DNA of 63,482 bases, counting the filler, from Hyphochytrium catenoides (taxonomy: Eukaryota > Protista > Hyphochytriomycota): NCBI GenBank assembly GCA_900088475.1. It is 9 parts of 9 records of this genome, joined end to end, with 100 filler letters (N's around TTAATTAATTAA, not from the genome) between each part and the next. Parts side by side here need not be neighbours in the genome. Positions count along the whole stretch, not along the records: positions 1 to 31,001 come from FLMG01001519.1; 8 more parts are not named here. One strand, 5' to 3'. The translations under genes and the position numbers were made by a program. Positions 12,450 to 23,359 of the stretch are shown here, piece after piece; positions within the stretch are counted from its first letter, which is position 1, and every line of letters begins with the position of its first letter. The notes under the pieces were generated by a model. The model ran no database searches. It was not told the DNA's origin and saw nothing but the letters and a program-made list of their open reading frames with translations.

Positions 12450-13472
12450 ATGAAGCTTCAATTTTCTAAGCCAGACACCAAGGGCAAAAAGCCTGAAGCT
12501 AGGGGCGGACACACATGTATCTGGGTGCAGGACCAGCTTATCATCTTTGGCGGGCACTTCTATAGCGGGAATGGCTCCTTTACCTATCTCAACGACGTTC
12601 ACCTCTTTGACCTACAGACCAACTCTTGGACAGAAGTGAGAACAAACGGCCTCCCGCCAAAGCCTCGATATGGCCATACAGCTGCCCTTTGCGGCAAGAA
12701 GATGTATGTTTTTGGTGGCAGAGGCGCTGATGGCCACGTCTTTCGTGACATCTACTCCTTGGACCTAGCGTCTTGCGAGTGGGAGGAGATCACACCTACC
12801 ACTGTGATACCAGCCCCAAGGTTTGGCCACTGTGCGGTGGCTGTGGACGAGAAAATAGTGGTTTTCGGCGGCTGGGACGGGCAGCAAACGTTGCCCCCAG
12901 ATATATGGCTCTTTGACACAGTCAAACATATCTGGGAAAACCCCGAGGTATCAGGTTCGCCGCCTTCGTCGCGCCATGGAGCCACCATGACAATGATCAA
13001 CACCGGTGATAGGCGACAGTTGTACGTCTTTGGCGGTTATAATGTGCAGAAGGGCTCGAACCCCGTCTACACGCGTGACATACGATATCTAGACTTGGCC
13101 GATTACTCCTGGAACCGGCCATATGAGAGGGGCCAGCTGCCGGGAGGTAGATTCGGTCACCAGTCCCTCCTCTTAGAGGGTTCTGGGTTGATCCTGACTT
13201 TGGGCGGCTGGACGGGCCAGAAGGATCAGTACATATGTAAGGTGGAGGATGCTGTCATCAAAGCCGCTAAATTGCAGTCCTACAAATCTGACATGGTGAA
13301 GATCTTCGCCTTGGAGTTCGCCGAATGGAAGGACGCGGAATGTTGGTCCAAGGGCTCTGTGCAAAATCGGTACGGTCACACGGTGGTAGGGAAGGATGGA
13401 GTCTACTACATGTTTGGGGGCTGGGATGGCAATCGAGCGCTAAATGAGCTGTCCGAGATTCGATGCCAGTAG
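12450..13472 (+). CDS. Kelch-repeat beta-propeller protein
   Basis: 340-aa ORF with six R-x-GH...FGG...W Kelch repeats; intronless. Confidence 0.92.
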   Translation: MKLQFSKPDTKGKKPEARGGHTCIWVQDQLIIFGGHFYSGNGSFTYLNDVHLFDLQTNSWTEVRTNGLPPKPRYGHTAALCGKKMYVFGGRGADGHVFRDIYSLDLASCEWEEITPTTVIPAPRFGHCAVAVDEKIVVFGGWDGQQTLPPDIWLFDTVKHIWENPEVSGSPPSSRHGATMTMINTGDRRQLYVFGGYNVQKGSNPVYTRDIRYLDLADYSWNRPYERGQLPGGRFGHQSLLLEGSGLILTLGGWTGQKDQYICKVEDAVIKAAKLQSYKSDMVKIFALEFAEWKDAECWSKGSVQNRYGHTVVGKDGVYYMFGGWDGNRALNELSEIRCQ

Positions 13473-13834
13473 AAAGAGAGGCACAGTACCATCCAAAGAG
13501 AAGAGGCATGGCACACCGCCCAATGTACGGAGAAATGGTTCAGATTAGATAGTGAGAGGCAGAAGAGTGGTAGAGTTCAACATCAAGAAGAGGATGGAGA
13601 GAGGTAACATGACCGCAGCAAGCTTGTCTAGCGTGGTACGAAGGGAGAAGGGATAAGGAGGGTATTTATAAGGAGTCAGTGCAAATATATATGTGGCTGT
13701 CCAAAGAGAGAGGTATCGAGGGGCGTATCCGCTGGGCTAGCACCGCCGGTGACCAACACTCTGTCTTGGAACGTCCCCTATTCCAAGCATCAAGCCCTCT
13801 GTCGTCATCGCATCGCCAAAGTGTGTTCCCATGG

Positions 13835-14915
13835 TCAATGATGGTCATTGGCTTCATGTTCTTCGTCATTAACGCCCTCAGCGTCGTCAAACTGTCCTTC
13901 TTGTACTCTCTCCTAAGGAGAAGCAGATGGTTGTTGCTAAGTCCAGGTCGCAAGGAGAATAGAGAAAAAGCGCACGTCTCCTTACCTCCAACCCTGGGTC
14001 AATCTGCAGCACGGAGTCCAAATGATCCAAAACTTCTTGCTAGGGAAAGAGGGAGAGAGAGAAGATCTTGTCAGCGACAGAGCCTGATGGATGGAACTCA
14101 TGCCTGGCCATGAAGCTGACCTCTCGGGCACCCAATTGAACTTCATCCGCGTTATAGATCCATTCGTCGTCTTCATCCTCTTCTACAGTTGAGAGAAGAG
14201 ATTAGTACAACGGCACTGGGCGACCAAAAAAGCGCTGGAGCCTGACTGTTACCTTCGGAATCGGGGTTTAGCTCTGCACACTCTGACATCACGCTAAAAA
14301 TAGTGCTAACTGATAAAAGAGAGGGTCCATATGGGAGTTGGGAAGTGGTAAGCTCCTAGCAGTAACTGATAAAACAAAGTTCATGTAAAGCCTACGTTGT
14401 TCTGCGCTGTCTTGGGGCACTAATCGGATCTCGACTGTGTCCTCTGAGTCCAGCTGGAAATAGTGACATTGACGCAGTGAGCCATGCATTCGAAAGAAGA
14501 TGGAATTTAAGGCATGGAGCTGCACCGCGGCAGGCATACCTGGCAATAGATGCAGGCTTCAGGAAACGCCTCAAGATCTCTAGATACCGCGTGCAGCAGA
14601 ATCGCACGAAAGTCGCACGAGACTCCTCTACCAGATTTGTCATCAGCAATCCAGACCACCCTCCTACATCGCAGGCAGACTGGGCTCAGTTCTCCACTAT
14701 CTACTCTTGCGAGGTTTGACTGACCTGGTAGTGACTATAAATTCCCCTTCGCCCTCCGGAACCGTCTCTCCTTCAGCATTGCAGCTAAAGAGCTTAATGT
14801 GCTCGAACTTAGCCCGAACTTCCTCTACCTCGCCCTCCTCATCCGTTCGAAGATGCAGACCTTCAGAAGAGACAATATCGTCTAAGCGCTCAATCATAGG
14901 CCGTGATCTGAACAT
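13835..14915 (-). CDS. CLNS1A: pICln / Voldacs-domain methylosome subunit, 7 exons (missed as a unit by the ORF track)
   Basis: Manual GT-AG splicing gives ...EGEGEFIVTTR|RVVWIADDKSGRGVSCDFRAILLHAVSRDLEAFPEACIYCQ|LDSEDTVEIRLVPQDSAEQ|LSTIFSVMSECAELNPDSE|EEDEDDEWIYNADEV...|...GQFDDAE...HH*. These are hallmark ICln motifs (LHAVSRD, CIYCQ, ECAELNPD, GQFDDA). Confidence 0.9.
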
Positions 14916-15396
14916 GATTATGTCCTGACACACTATATCAGCTTAAGGAGTTCAAGACAAAGCTGCCTAGCTCGCTTATCCTCTTATAAAAGCTTCAGAA
15001 TGAGGCGTGAAGAAGCTCTGTTGAGCTCTCTGTTGAGCTCTCCCCAGCTGCTTCTGATTCTGAAAGACTCATCACCGCTCCCTTCCCTTCCTATCAAACC
15101 CCTCACATCCTCACACTACTCCCCCAGGAGTGAGCTCCAATTGAAGCTTTTTTCTCATAAAGGCCACTTCGCTTGGCCTCATCAGCTTAACTGTGTGATA
15201 ACCTGAAGGTGAAGGGACTTGCAGGGGAAAGGAGGCGTATAGTATATATTTGCCATCAAGTGTGGCAAAGAGGATCTTGATGTTGGCATCTCCCCCAGTC
15301 CTCCAACTCTGTCTCTTCCTCATCGTTCTGTCAGTGTGTACACAATATCTCTCTCTGTCTTTATCTCCTTCTCTCTCTCTCTCTCCTCGCTCCCTA

Positions 15397-15443
<47 letters not shown>

Positions 15444-15548
15444 CTGCCTCTTCTGCTCTCTCCTCTGGGAAATACCTCGTTCCTTGTCTCTTATGCCCCA
15501 TCAGTCTTTCCTTCCTTCAGTTCCCCCGCGTTGCCGTCTTCTTGACCT

Positions 15549-16816
15549 TTGCATGCCCTCCTGCTGGTCGCGCTACAGTGCCATAAGCCACCTAATCAGC
15601 TGCGAAGTCTATCTCTTCTCTTTATTTCTTCCGTTGCCCTTGATAGAACAAGCTGGTCCATTGTTCAAGGCACCGCCGAGGCCAAGTGTGTGCATGTCAT
15701 CATGCTGCCACGAGCCGGGAGAGCCATGCGAAGAGGAGCCGCACTTGGGGCGATCTCTCATTGCTTCCCCCATCCTTACTGCCACATCAGCAACAAGGCC
15801 CGATGCCTCTCTTTCAACGCGAAGGGTCACGCTTTAGCCAAAACCTCTTACTCCTTGGCTGCTGGGGCAATGAGTGTCGGACTTGCAATGTCGGGCGTGC
15901 TGTTCTTATATTCGCCTATGACTCCCGAGTCCCCAGCCTGTGAAGCTCCTCCCACCCCTTCATCCCCTTCAGGACAATGGAACGACAACTGGGATCATCG
16001 TCACTCAGATAGCCCACCTTCTGATGATGCCCAGACAAGGACTCTGATCCTTGTTCGGCACGGCCAGTACGTGGCGGCTGAGAAGGCAGAAGACCGTGTT
16101 CTGACGGAGTTAGGGCGATGTCAGGCAGAGATGACTGCCGAGCGGTTACGCTCGTTGGGACTCAACATCACTGCCATCTATATCAGCACCATGCCCAGAG
16201 CCCTAGAGACTGGACAGATCATAGCCAAAAAGTTTGGAGCTACCCCTGTGAAGCTTGACGACAATTTACAAGAAGGCATCCCCGCATGGCCCCTTCCGCC
16301 GCTAGAGAACTATCCTCTCGAACCGCACAAGGTCTTCCAGCAGTCTGGTCGTATAGAGGCGGCCTTCAGAACTTACTTCTATAGAGACGCTGGGAGGATA
16401 AAGACTAGCTCAGCTGAAGATCCGAACAGCGACGTGGCTGGTGTCCCGGCTGGCGCTAGTCCCACAGCGCCACCAGCACCCTCTGCTGAGAATCCTCCTA
16501 GTCAGAAACTTACTAGCAGCGCGAAGTCCAACGGCATTCCGCCTCCAGAACGAGTTGAGCTCGTCGTGGCGCACGGTAATGTTATAAGATATTTCCTCTG
16601 CCGCGTACTGCAGCTCCCTCCTGAGGCTTGGCTGAGGTTCGCCATTTATAATTGCGGGATCTCAATAGTGAAGATTAGGCCCAATGGACGTGTATCAGTC
16701 GTCAGCATCGGGGACACAGGTGAGCTTTCTGTCATTGACTCATGAGATGGCCCTTCTGCTCTAACGTGGTCTTTTCTTTAGGACATCTCCCTTCCCACAT
16801 GATCACATATTCCTAA
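15549..16816 (+). CDS. PGAM5: PGAM5-like mitochondrial Ser/Thr/His phosphatase (histidine phosphatase family), 2 exons
   Basis: N-terminal TM segment, WNDNWD (WDxNWD) motif, LVRHGQY, LQEG and AHGNVIRYF. An intron at about 16720-16781 joins GDTG|HLPSHMITYS*. Start uncertain. Confidence 0.9.
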
Positions 16817-17219
16817 ATGTTTAAGGTTGGGACGTGGGCGATTTGCAAGTCAGCTACTACTACCACTCAAAGACCATGATATGTGACAAAAACAACAAGG
16901 AAGCACTTTGAGCGCCTGGTATCTGGACGGCTACGAGGCTGAACATCTCCGCAGGCCCGCCTCAGAGCTGTAAGCCAGGGTGCCAAATGGTAAGTATGTG
17001 GATGCCTAGAAGCGCACAGAGGGGTTCAGCCTGGCTGTTCATTAGTTCTACTTTCATCAAACTGCGTAGCAACGGACTCCACAGTGGAGCATCAGATTGT
17101 TCAGAAAGTGATTGACGGGTGGTAAGTGACCAGATGAAGAGGTTGAAAAGGCAAAGAGAAAGTAGCAGCAAGTGCCTAAAAAGCGCCGTAAGGTCACTGT
17201 TAATGAGTGACTCCTGGCA

Positions 17220-17741
17220 TCAGCTCCTTTTGTCATTCGTTTGCAGGCCTACCACCGTGGCAAGAGTATAGTAGTTAGGCATCCATAATGACTGACGAGT
17301 ATTGGAAGATAACTGTACACGCGGACCCTCCTCACCTTCATCCACCCTGACCTTGCTCTCAACGCTCCGCAGCCGGTACATATGAGAGGGACCGTCAGCC
17401 GGAATATCTGCGAGACTAGACTGTGTCACACGCAGCTCGTATCGGAACCCTTCTTCGTAACTGAATCCGACAATCTGCTGATAGAGTGGATAGTACCCGC
17501 TCTGTTCCGTTTCACTGACAAGAAGGCACTTCATAGGGCTTTCTCCCACGCAATCAATGAGCTGTGGTCCCACGTATAGCGTAAACTCTCGTTCTGGTAC
17601 CACGCCATCTGCAGCCGCCATCCTGACGGCGAGTGCAGAAATGCTTCCCGGTTGAAGGAGCAGCAACGATACGAACAGCAGGCAAACCGAACCAGGGAAG
17701 AGTCTTCTAGCAACCCCTTCGGCTGTTCCGTGTCCAAGCAT
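17220..17741 (-). CDS. Secreted DUF4377-domain protein (bacterial-type)
   Basis: Hydrophobic N-terminus, then TLYVGPQLIDCVGESPMKCLLV...YQQIVGFSYEEGFRYELRV...PADGPSHMYRL, matching the DUF4377 pattern; intronless. Confidence 0.8.
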   Translation of the reverse strand: MLGHGTAEGVARRLFPGSVCLLFVSLLLLQPGSISALAVRMAAADGVVPEREFTLYVGPQLIDCVGESPMKCLLVSETEQSGYYPLYQQIVGFSYEEGFRYELRVTQSSLADIPADGPSHMYRLRSVESKVRVDEGEEGPRVQLSSNTRQSLWMPNYYTLATVVGLQTNDKRS

Positions 17742-19503
17742 TATTTCTTGGAGTCTGATGCTTGAACTATAGACTACTTTCGAGGTTCTGCTGATGAGAA
17801 GCGAAGCACGGTCACGTCCTAAAGCGGCTCGGCGGATGATAAGAACTGAGTCAGAGGGTCCGAGTCATTCTCGGCTCGGCATGAGTAGGACCTCGACGGC
17901 GCTGAGCAGGAGAAGAGCTTGAGCGCTAAACGTCATGCAATGACCTTTCTAATTTCACGTCCTCCCTGTCTCTTTCCCATTGCCCTGTCGTGCTCTCTGT
18001 CTTGCTCTCGAGATGCCGTGCTGCTCATGCCGAGGCCCAAGCAGGGGAAGGGACATCGGCCTTGGAAGCACGGAACAGTAACACCCGAAAAACCCTTCAA
18101 GCTCCACCCTCACATCACCTTCACTTACTGGTTATCAGACAGTTAGTTACCAACCGCTTATGACCTTCATCTCATCACTATCTGTCACGCTCTTGGTAGA
18201 TACAGAACTACAGACACACCGATCAGCAAATCTCAGCCCCAAGCAGCGCAAAAATCTCCGTCTGCTGTCTCTTGCCTCTTCCTATCCGCTTTTTCTGAGA
18301 TTGATCTAAGAAGGGACCTTATCCCTTTCTTCGTCTTGATGACATGGCATTGACGATCAGAGTGGAGCAGTAGGGCATTCATGGTTTTCCAACAATCTTC
18401 GTCTGTAGGCGTTCTAACTCGTGGCAAGCACGTCTCTAGAGTCAGAGGGCAATAGGGAGGTCCATGTAGACCTCTTCGGCGGAAGGCACTTAATCCTTCG
18501 AGTCAGTCCGCTCTCCAATAGAGATGTTTTGATGAGTTTACATGCCAATTTTGGTGACCGATAAGGTGGAGGTAATAGCCACGGTCCACCTCTATCAGCT
18601 TTGAAGAAGCGGGTCTATCCTGATATTTCGCCTTGGTGCTGCAGCAACTTCAACGATAACCTGACGAAGAAGTCCCACGCTGGGGTTCGACGTGGGCATG
18701 TTTATACGGCGGCCAATGATAACCATCGTCACTAGGGGCAAAAAGAATTGATAGCTGAGCTGATTTCTATAGTGATTATAAGTATCAGACGTCCGAGCTG
18801 GCTTTCTGACTTATGCCTTGGCACGAGGAGGAATTTACGACTGAGATGTACTCATTGCCATAACTTAGGCTTCTCTTTGTCTTTTAAGTTAGCGCGCTGC
18901 TCCGGCGGTCTGGAGGTGGCAATGCTCCGATGGTGATGAAACACCCTTTTGATCTCTGTTTTTTTGATGACGAAAGGAAGGCGAGGTGCCCAGGAAGACA
19001 GAGAAGAGATGTAATCTCGCGACTTTGAATTGAGCAGCAGGTCTATTCAACGAGAGTCTGCCGGTGGAAGAATGGGCTTGGTACGACGACGTTGCCCCTA
19101 TTTGGGGTTGCCGAATAGACGAGAACTTCATGCGCTGGTTTCACCCTTCTTGGTAGTCCAGGTTGAAGCCTTGAGCTATGTGTCCTCCTAGCGCTCGTCG
19201 CAACCGTATGCTCATTAGAGCCTGGCCGACGCCCGTTCGTTCTATGATTGACTGCGAGCTTCAACCAGAGCGTAGTTCTTCTTGCCATCCCGCCTGAACA
19301 CCTTCGCAAGTAGATAGAAACGGGCTTAGTCAGGCGACAGTGTACCTTCATGAAGTAGAAAGAAAAGGCTTGGCCCAGCGAAGAGGAAAGGGGTCTATGC
19401 ATTTGCCGGATATAGGAAGCCAAAGGATAGAGGAAGGTCCATCTGTCGAAAACCATGACGCATCCACAGAGAAGCTCCAAAGCGCTACTCCCCAAGCTAC
19501 AAG

Positions 19504-20533
19504 CTAGAGTCTGGAGCTTGTCATGGCCAGCCTGGTAAGGCCAGCGCCAAAGAGATCTCTTCGCAAGTTGTGCCTAGCGAACTCCCAATCTACCAGGCGG
19601 AACCAGCCATCCACATATCGTTCTACTTCCCATTCATAGTCAAGGAAGAAGGAATGCTCCCACAAATCACACACCACAAGGCTTCGGCCCATTCCTAGCC
19701 GTTCTGGCACTTCTGAGTGTCCAGTGCGAACGATCTGAAGCCTATGAGGAGCTGAAGACGTAAGAATGAGCCAGATCCAGCCTGAGCCGACAGTGGGCAA
19801 GAGGGACGCCTCTCGCTTCCAATGCTCAATAAACAGCGGAAAGGAACCAAAATCCCGTGCTATCAGCGTGGCCAACTCTCCTGTAGGGACATTAAGAGTA
19901 TAGGAAGACTGGACAAGCGGAAGATGTAGCTCTCCCCTTCTGGCTCTCTCGCTCGAGGGTGTGCCCACAGGCTTCATGCTATGCCAAAAGACAGTGTGGT
20001 TCCAGACCTGAAGGCGTACATGAAAGCATTGGCATCAGAAGTCGAGACCATCGGACATTACGAAAGAGAGAGCGGCAGGGAGAATTAGGACATGAGTATC
20101 GCAACCAGGGGACGAGGACAAGAATGAGAAATATTTCTAGGCCCGATTGGACCAACAAATGAGACAACGAGGAGAAGGAGGAATGGGATCAGATACTCGT
20201 CGGCGTGGTAGATGTCGAGAGGGCTAGTATAATGGAAACGACAGCACCCGCACGGGAAGATCTATCAAAAAGCTTTGACCAGGGAAATGCCTTTACCTGC
20301 ACAGCGACGAGGTAAGCCTCGGAGGTGGTTGGATATGTAGCGACTATTCGTTCCAAGGAGATCGTAGCGCTAGTCTGGCCCAGCAAGGGAGAAGGAAGAT
20401 GAGGAGTCACAAGAGCATTCAATTTCCGCACTAATTCTGCCTGGTGGAACATGTAGTGAACGCGGACGGCTTCGGTTGATAAAAAGGGTTCCAAAGAGTC
20501 ACAAGGGTAGGGCAATGGCGGCATGGACACCAT
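19504..20533 (-). CDS. Fe/Mn superoxide dismutase family protein (Fe-type signature), 2 or more exons
   Basis: LPYPCDSLEPFLS..VHYMFH, AVQ|VWNHTVFW across intron 20008-20296, GSGWIWL and CDLWEHSFFLDY. All four metal ligands are present. An upstream exon is possible. Confidence 0.85.
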
Positions 20534-23359
20534 GTTGGACGCTCCTTTGTTGTCAAGTGCTCTGCAATGCCATCGTTGCTGCAAAGGCTGACATGATAAG
20601 TGGCCAAAATTGTTAGGCGCGACAAATGACGCCTGGCTGGTGTAGCCGCTCTAGTGATGTCGGCAAACAGCGGTCCCTCTCTCCTCTGATCACGATGAGG
20701 CCGGCATCATCATCCAAAGGACAGAGCCGTAAAGTTCCTCATGGTCAGCACGGCCAACGACACCCTCAGCTTTGCAAGATCCCTCTTGACACCAGGGGTT
20801 CGAGTTATTAGGCTCCTCACTCGTCGGAATATTCAAGCATCCGCTGCGCGTCTTCTTCTCTTCAAAGAAGTGGATCCTAGCTCCTGCTACGGCTCTCAGC
20901 CATGCTCATCTGCGCAAGGAAGCTGCCTGTGTTCTACGCCCCATTCAACAGGGAAGATCGCAAACTCTCTCATCATCACTGTTCACTACCAGCAAAACGA
21001 AGCACGCAGTTAAAAGTGCTGTCTCATAAAGAAGACAACGCACGAATCTTCAGAAAGGATACGACGTGAAGGGTTGAAGCATCCTCGAGTAGTTGGTAAC
21101 TGGTAATTGGTAACTAGTGCAAAAGTTGCTGAGGGCAAATGTATGGGAATCAGGGGGAAGGAAGAGAAAAAGAGCGGAAGGATTGTGTACCGCTGTCTAC
21201 TGGTGAAGAACGAACACGACGAGTGAGCAGCAGCAGCGTCGGAGGAGGACAGCAGCAAAGGCCAAGAAGAGGATTAATCAAAGCTCAAGAATGGACAAAG
21301 GAGATGAAGTTGTGCCGATACTGACTTGGCTGAGGCCGAAAAGTCATGATCAAGGGAGGGGTGTTGGTGGTAGATAACAAGATCGACAGCATGCTGGCAC
21401 GCTGCGTCAACAGCATGCTGGCACCGCTGCTCTGTCCTTCATCAAAGGATTGCCTCTCCATGACTTTTATGAGGTTTGAAAGCTTCATACCGCGCAACGG
21501 ATGTTGTTGGTCTCGTTGGCACGGAAAGAACGTCGTTTAGGTCAACCAGAGCTCATGATTGTATGAATGAGGTCGCTGTTTTGCCAGTGAAGCTAGGAGA
21601 TCTTTTATAAAAGTAAGGATGCTTAGCTGTCATGCCGGTCAGCGTGGACAGAATGAAAGGTTCACCAGTAAGTAAAAACGTTCTGCATGGTCTAATGAAG
21701 CGATGAAGGAAGAGAGCGCTGGAATAGACCACGGGAATAAGCGATGGTCTGATATTTATCTTCTTGAGGCGTATGTGTCCTCTGTCCCATTTTATCAGAA
21801 TCGCTTAGCACGGACTTCGAAGCATCCAATATCTCTCTTGCTGAATTGATTTAAGTGTCCATGCAGGGCTCCACAGCTCTTACCGCAGCACACACGTTTT
21901 ATCTAACCTTGAAAATTGGGAGTTGGTGATGGCACACATCTTCCAAGCGGACCCATTGTCCTCTTCCTGCTCTGCCACCAGCTCCAATTACCGTCTGTGA
22001 ACATTACATTTGCTACATTGAGAAGAATAAGAGGTCAAAGCTCAAGGACTCAACTCCATTATTATCCAGTTTCCATAGCATAAGCTGCTACCACGGTCCT
22101 AAATGCTTGCTTCTCGATCATTCGCCACGCCTAAGTCCACAACCTCTTGTGCAACCATCTTAGTGGTTCTTCTGCCACTACTCAGCCACTAATCATACGA
22201 CTTTCAGGAGCGATGCTGCTGTGCGCCCCACCAGTGCTGGTTCTCCAGTGCTGGTCTGCCACTACTACGTCTTTCAGAGGCGATCCTCCTGGCGCGTGAC
22301 TATTGACATATGAGCGGTTGGAGACAAATATCCCCTTGCCGACATAATAGGCTTTCACTTGGTCCTTTTCCTATTCGAAGAAACAAAGGAAGAAATAGGT
22401 GCTATCAGGCTGCAAATTTCATCCAGAGCAAATCTCTGGGTCCACAAGCCACGAGCACGTGGTTGATCACGGTCGGCTGTGAGCCCCACGCGGTTATGAT
22501 TCCCTTAATGCAGTAGAGGGAAGAGCCCAGCTACTGGTGGAAGCAAACAGCAGCGTGGGGAACCCGAGCGAGGGCACTATGATCAAAGAGATTTAAAAAA
22601 AAATGACGATGGCGCTGAATGAAGATTGGCAGCGGTCCGCGGTCTGTCATCAGTGCACCAGCAGCGTGGCACACAGCACATTTCATGAAAGATCTTTGCT
22701 GATGCCAATCCCTTAGATTCTCCCAGATGTAACCTCACAAAAGTTATGTTTTGCCTTTTAGATATTGATATAGGAAACTAACATAGTTTTAGGCAGAACC
22801 GCATCTCTGAGGACCGCTAACGTCATTACATTTCGATTGGCCTACGATGCTAGCTCATGACTGAGGTTGTCCTCATAGGGAGTCTAGGCCAATGAAAGCC
22901 GCCTAGAATCGGCCGGAAAGCTTGCGAATTATGGCCAAGCGGTATGTTTCCTTTAGAAGGCCCCCCGTGAAAGAGTATTTCTAGTTCCTTGCAAGCCTCA
23001 AGGACCTCAGGATGTTAAGGTCAGTGCCTATCTTTCTGAGGTCAGCAGACAAGTCCATCTCTCAATCTCTCTCTTACTCACATTCTCACTATCTTTTTCT
23101 ACTTTGCCCCCTCTCTCTGTCTCCCTCTCTGTCTCGTCCGAAGTTCACACTCTGTCTCTCTCTCTCTCTCTTGCCGTCTGCCTTCCATTCCGTCCATCCA
23201 CTGCCAGGGCCGAAGAAGTTCAATCTGTCTGGCGGCTTCTCAAGCCTTTCCCATCGGTCTCCACACTCTGCAGCCTGCTTGCGCCGCCTTTTGAAGCTTT
23301 TCTAAAGCTCAAGCTCCGCTTTAGGTCTATCTCACAGCTCACAGTGATCAGTAAGAGAC

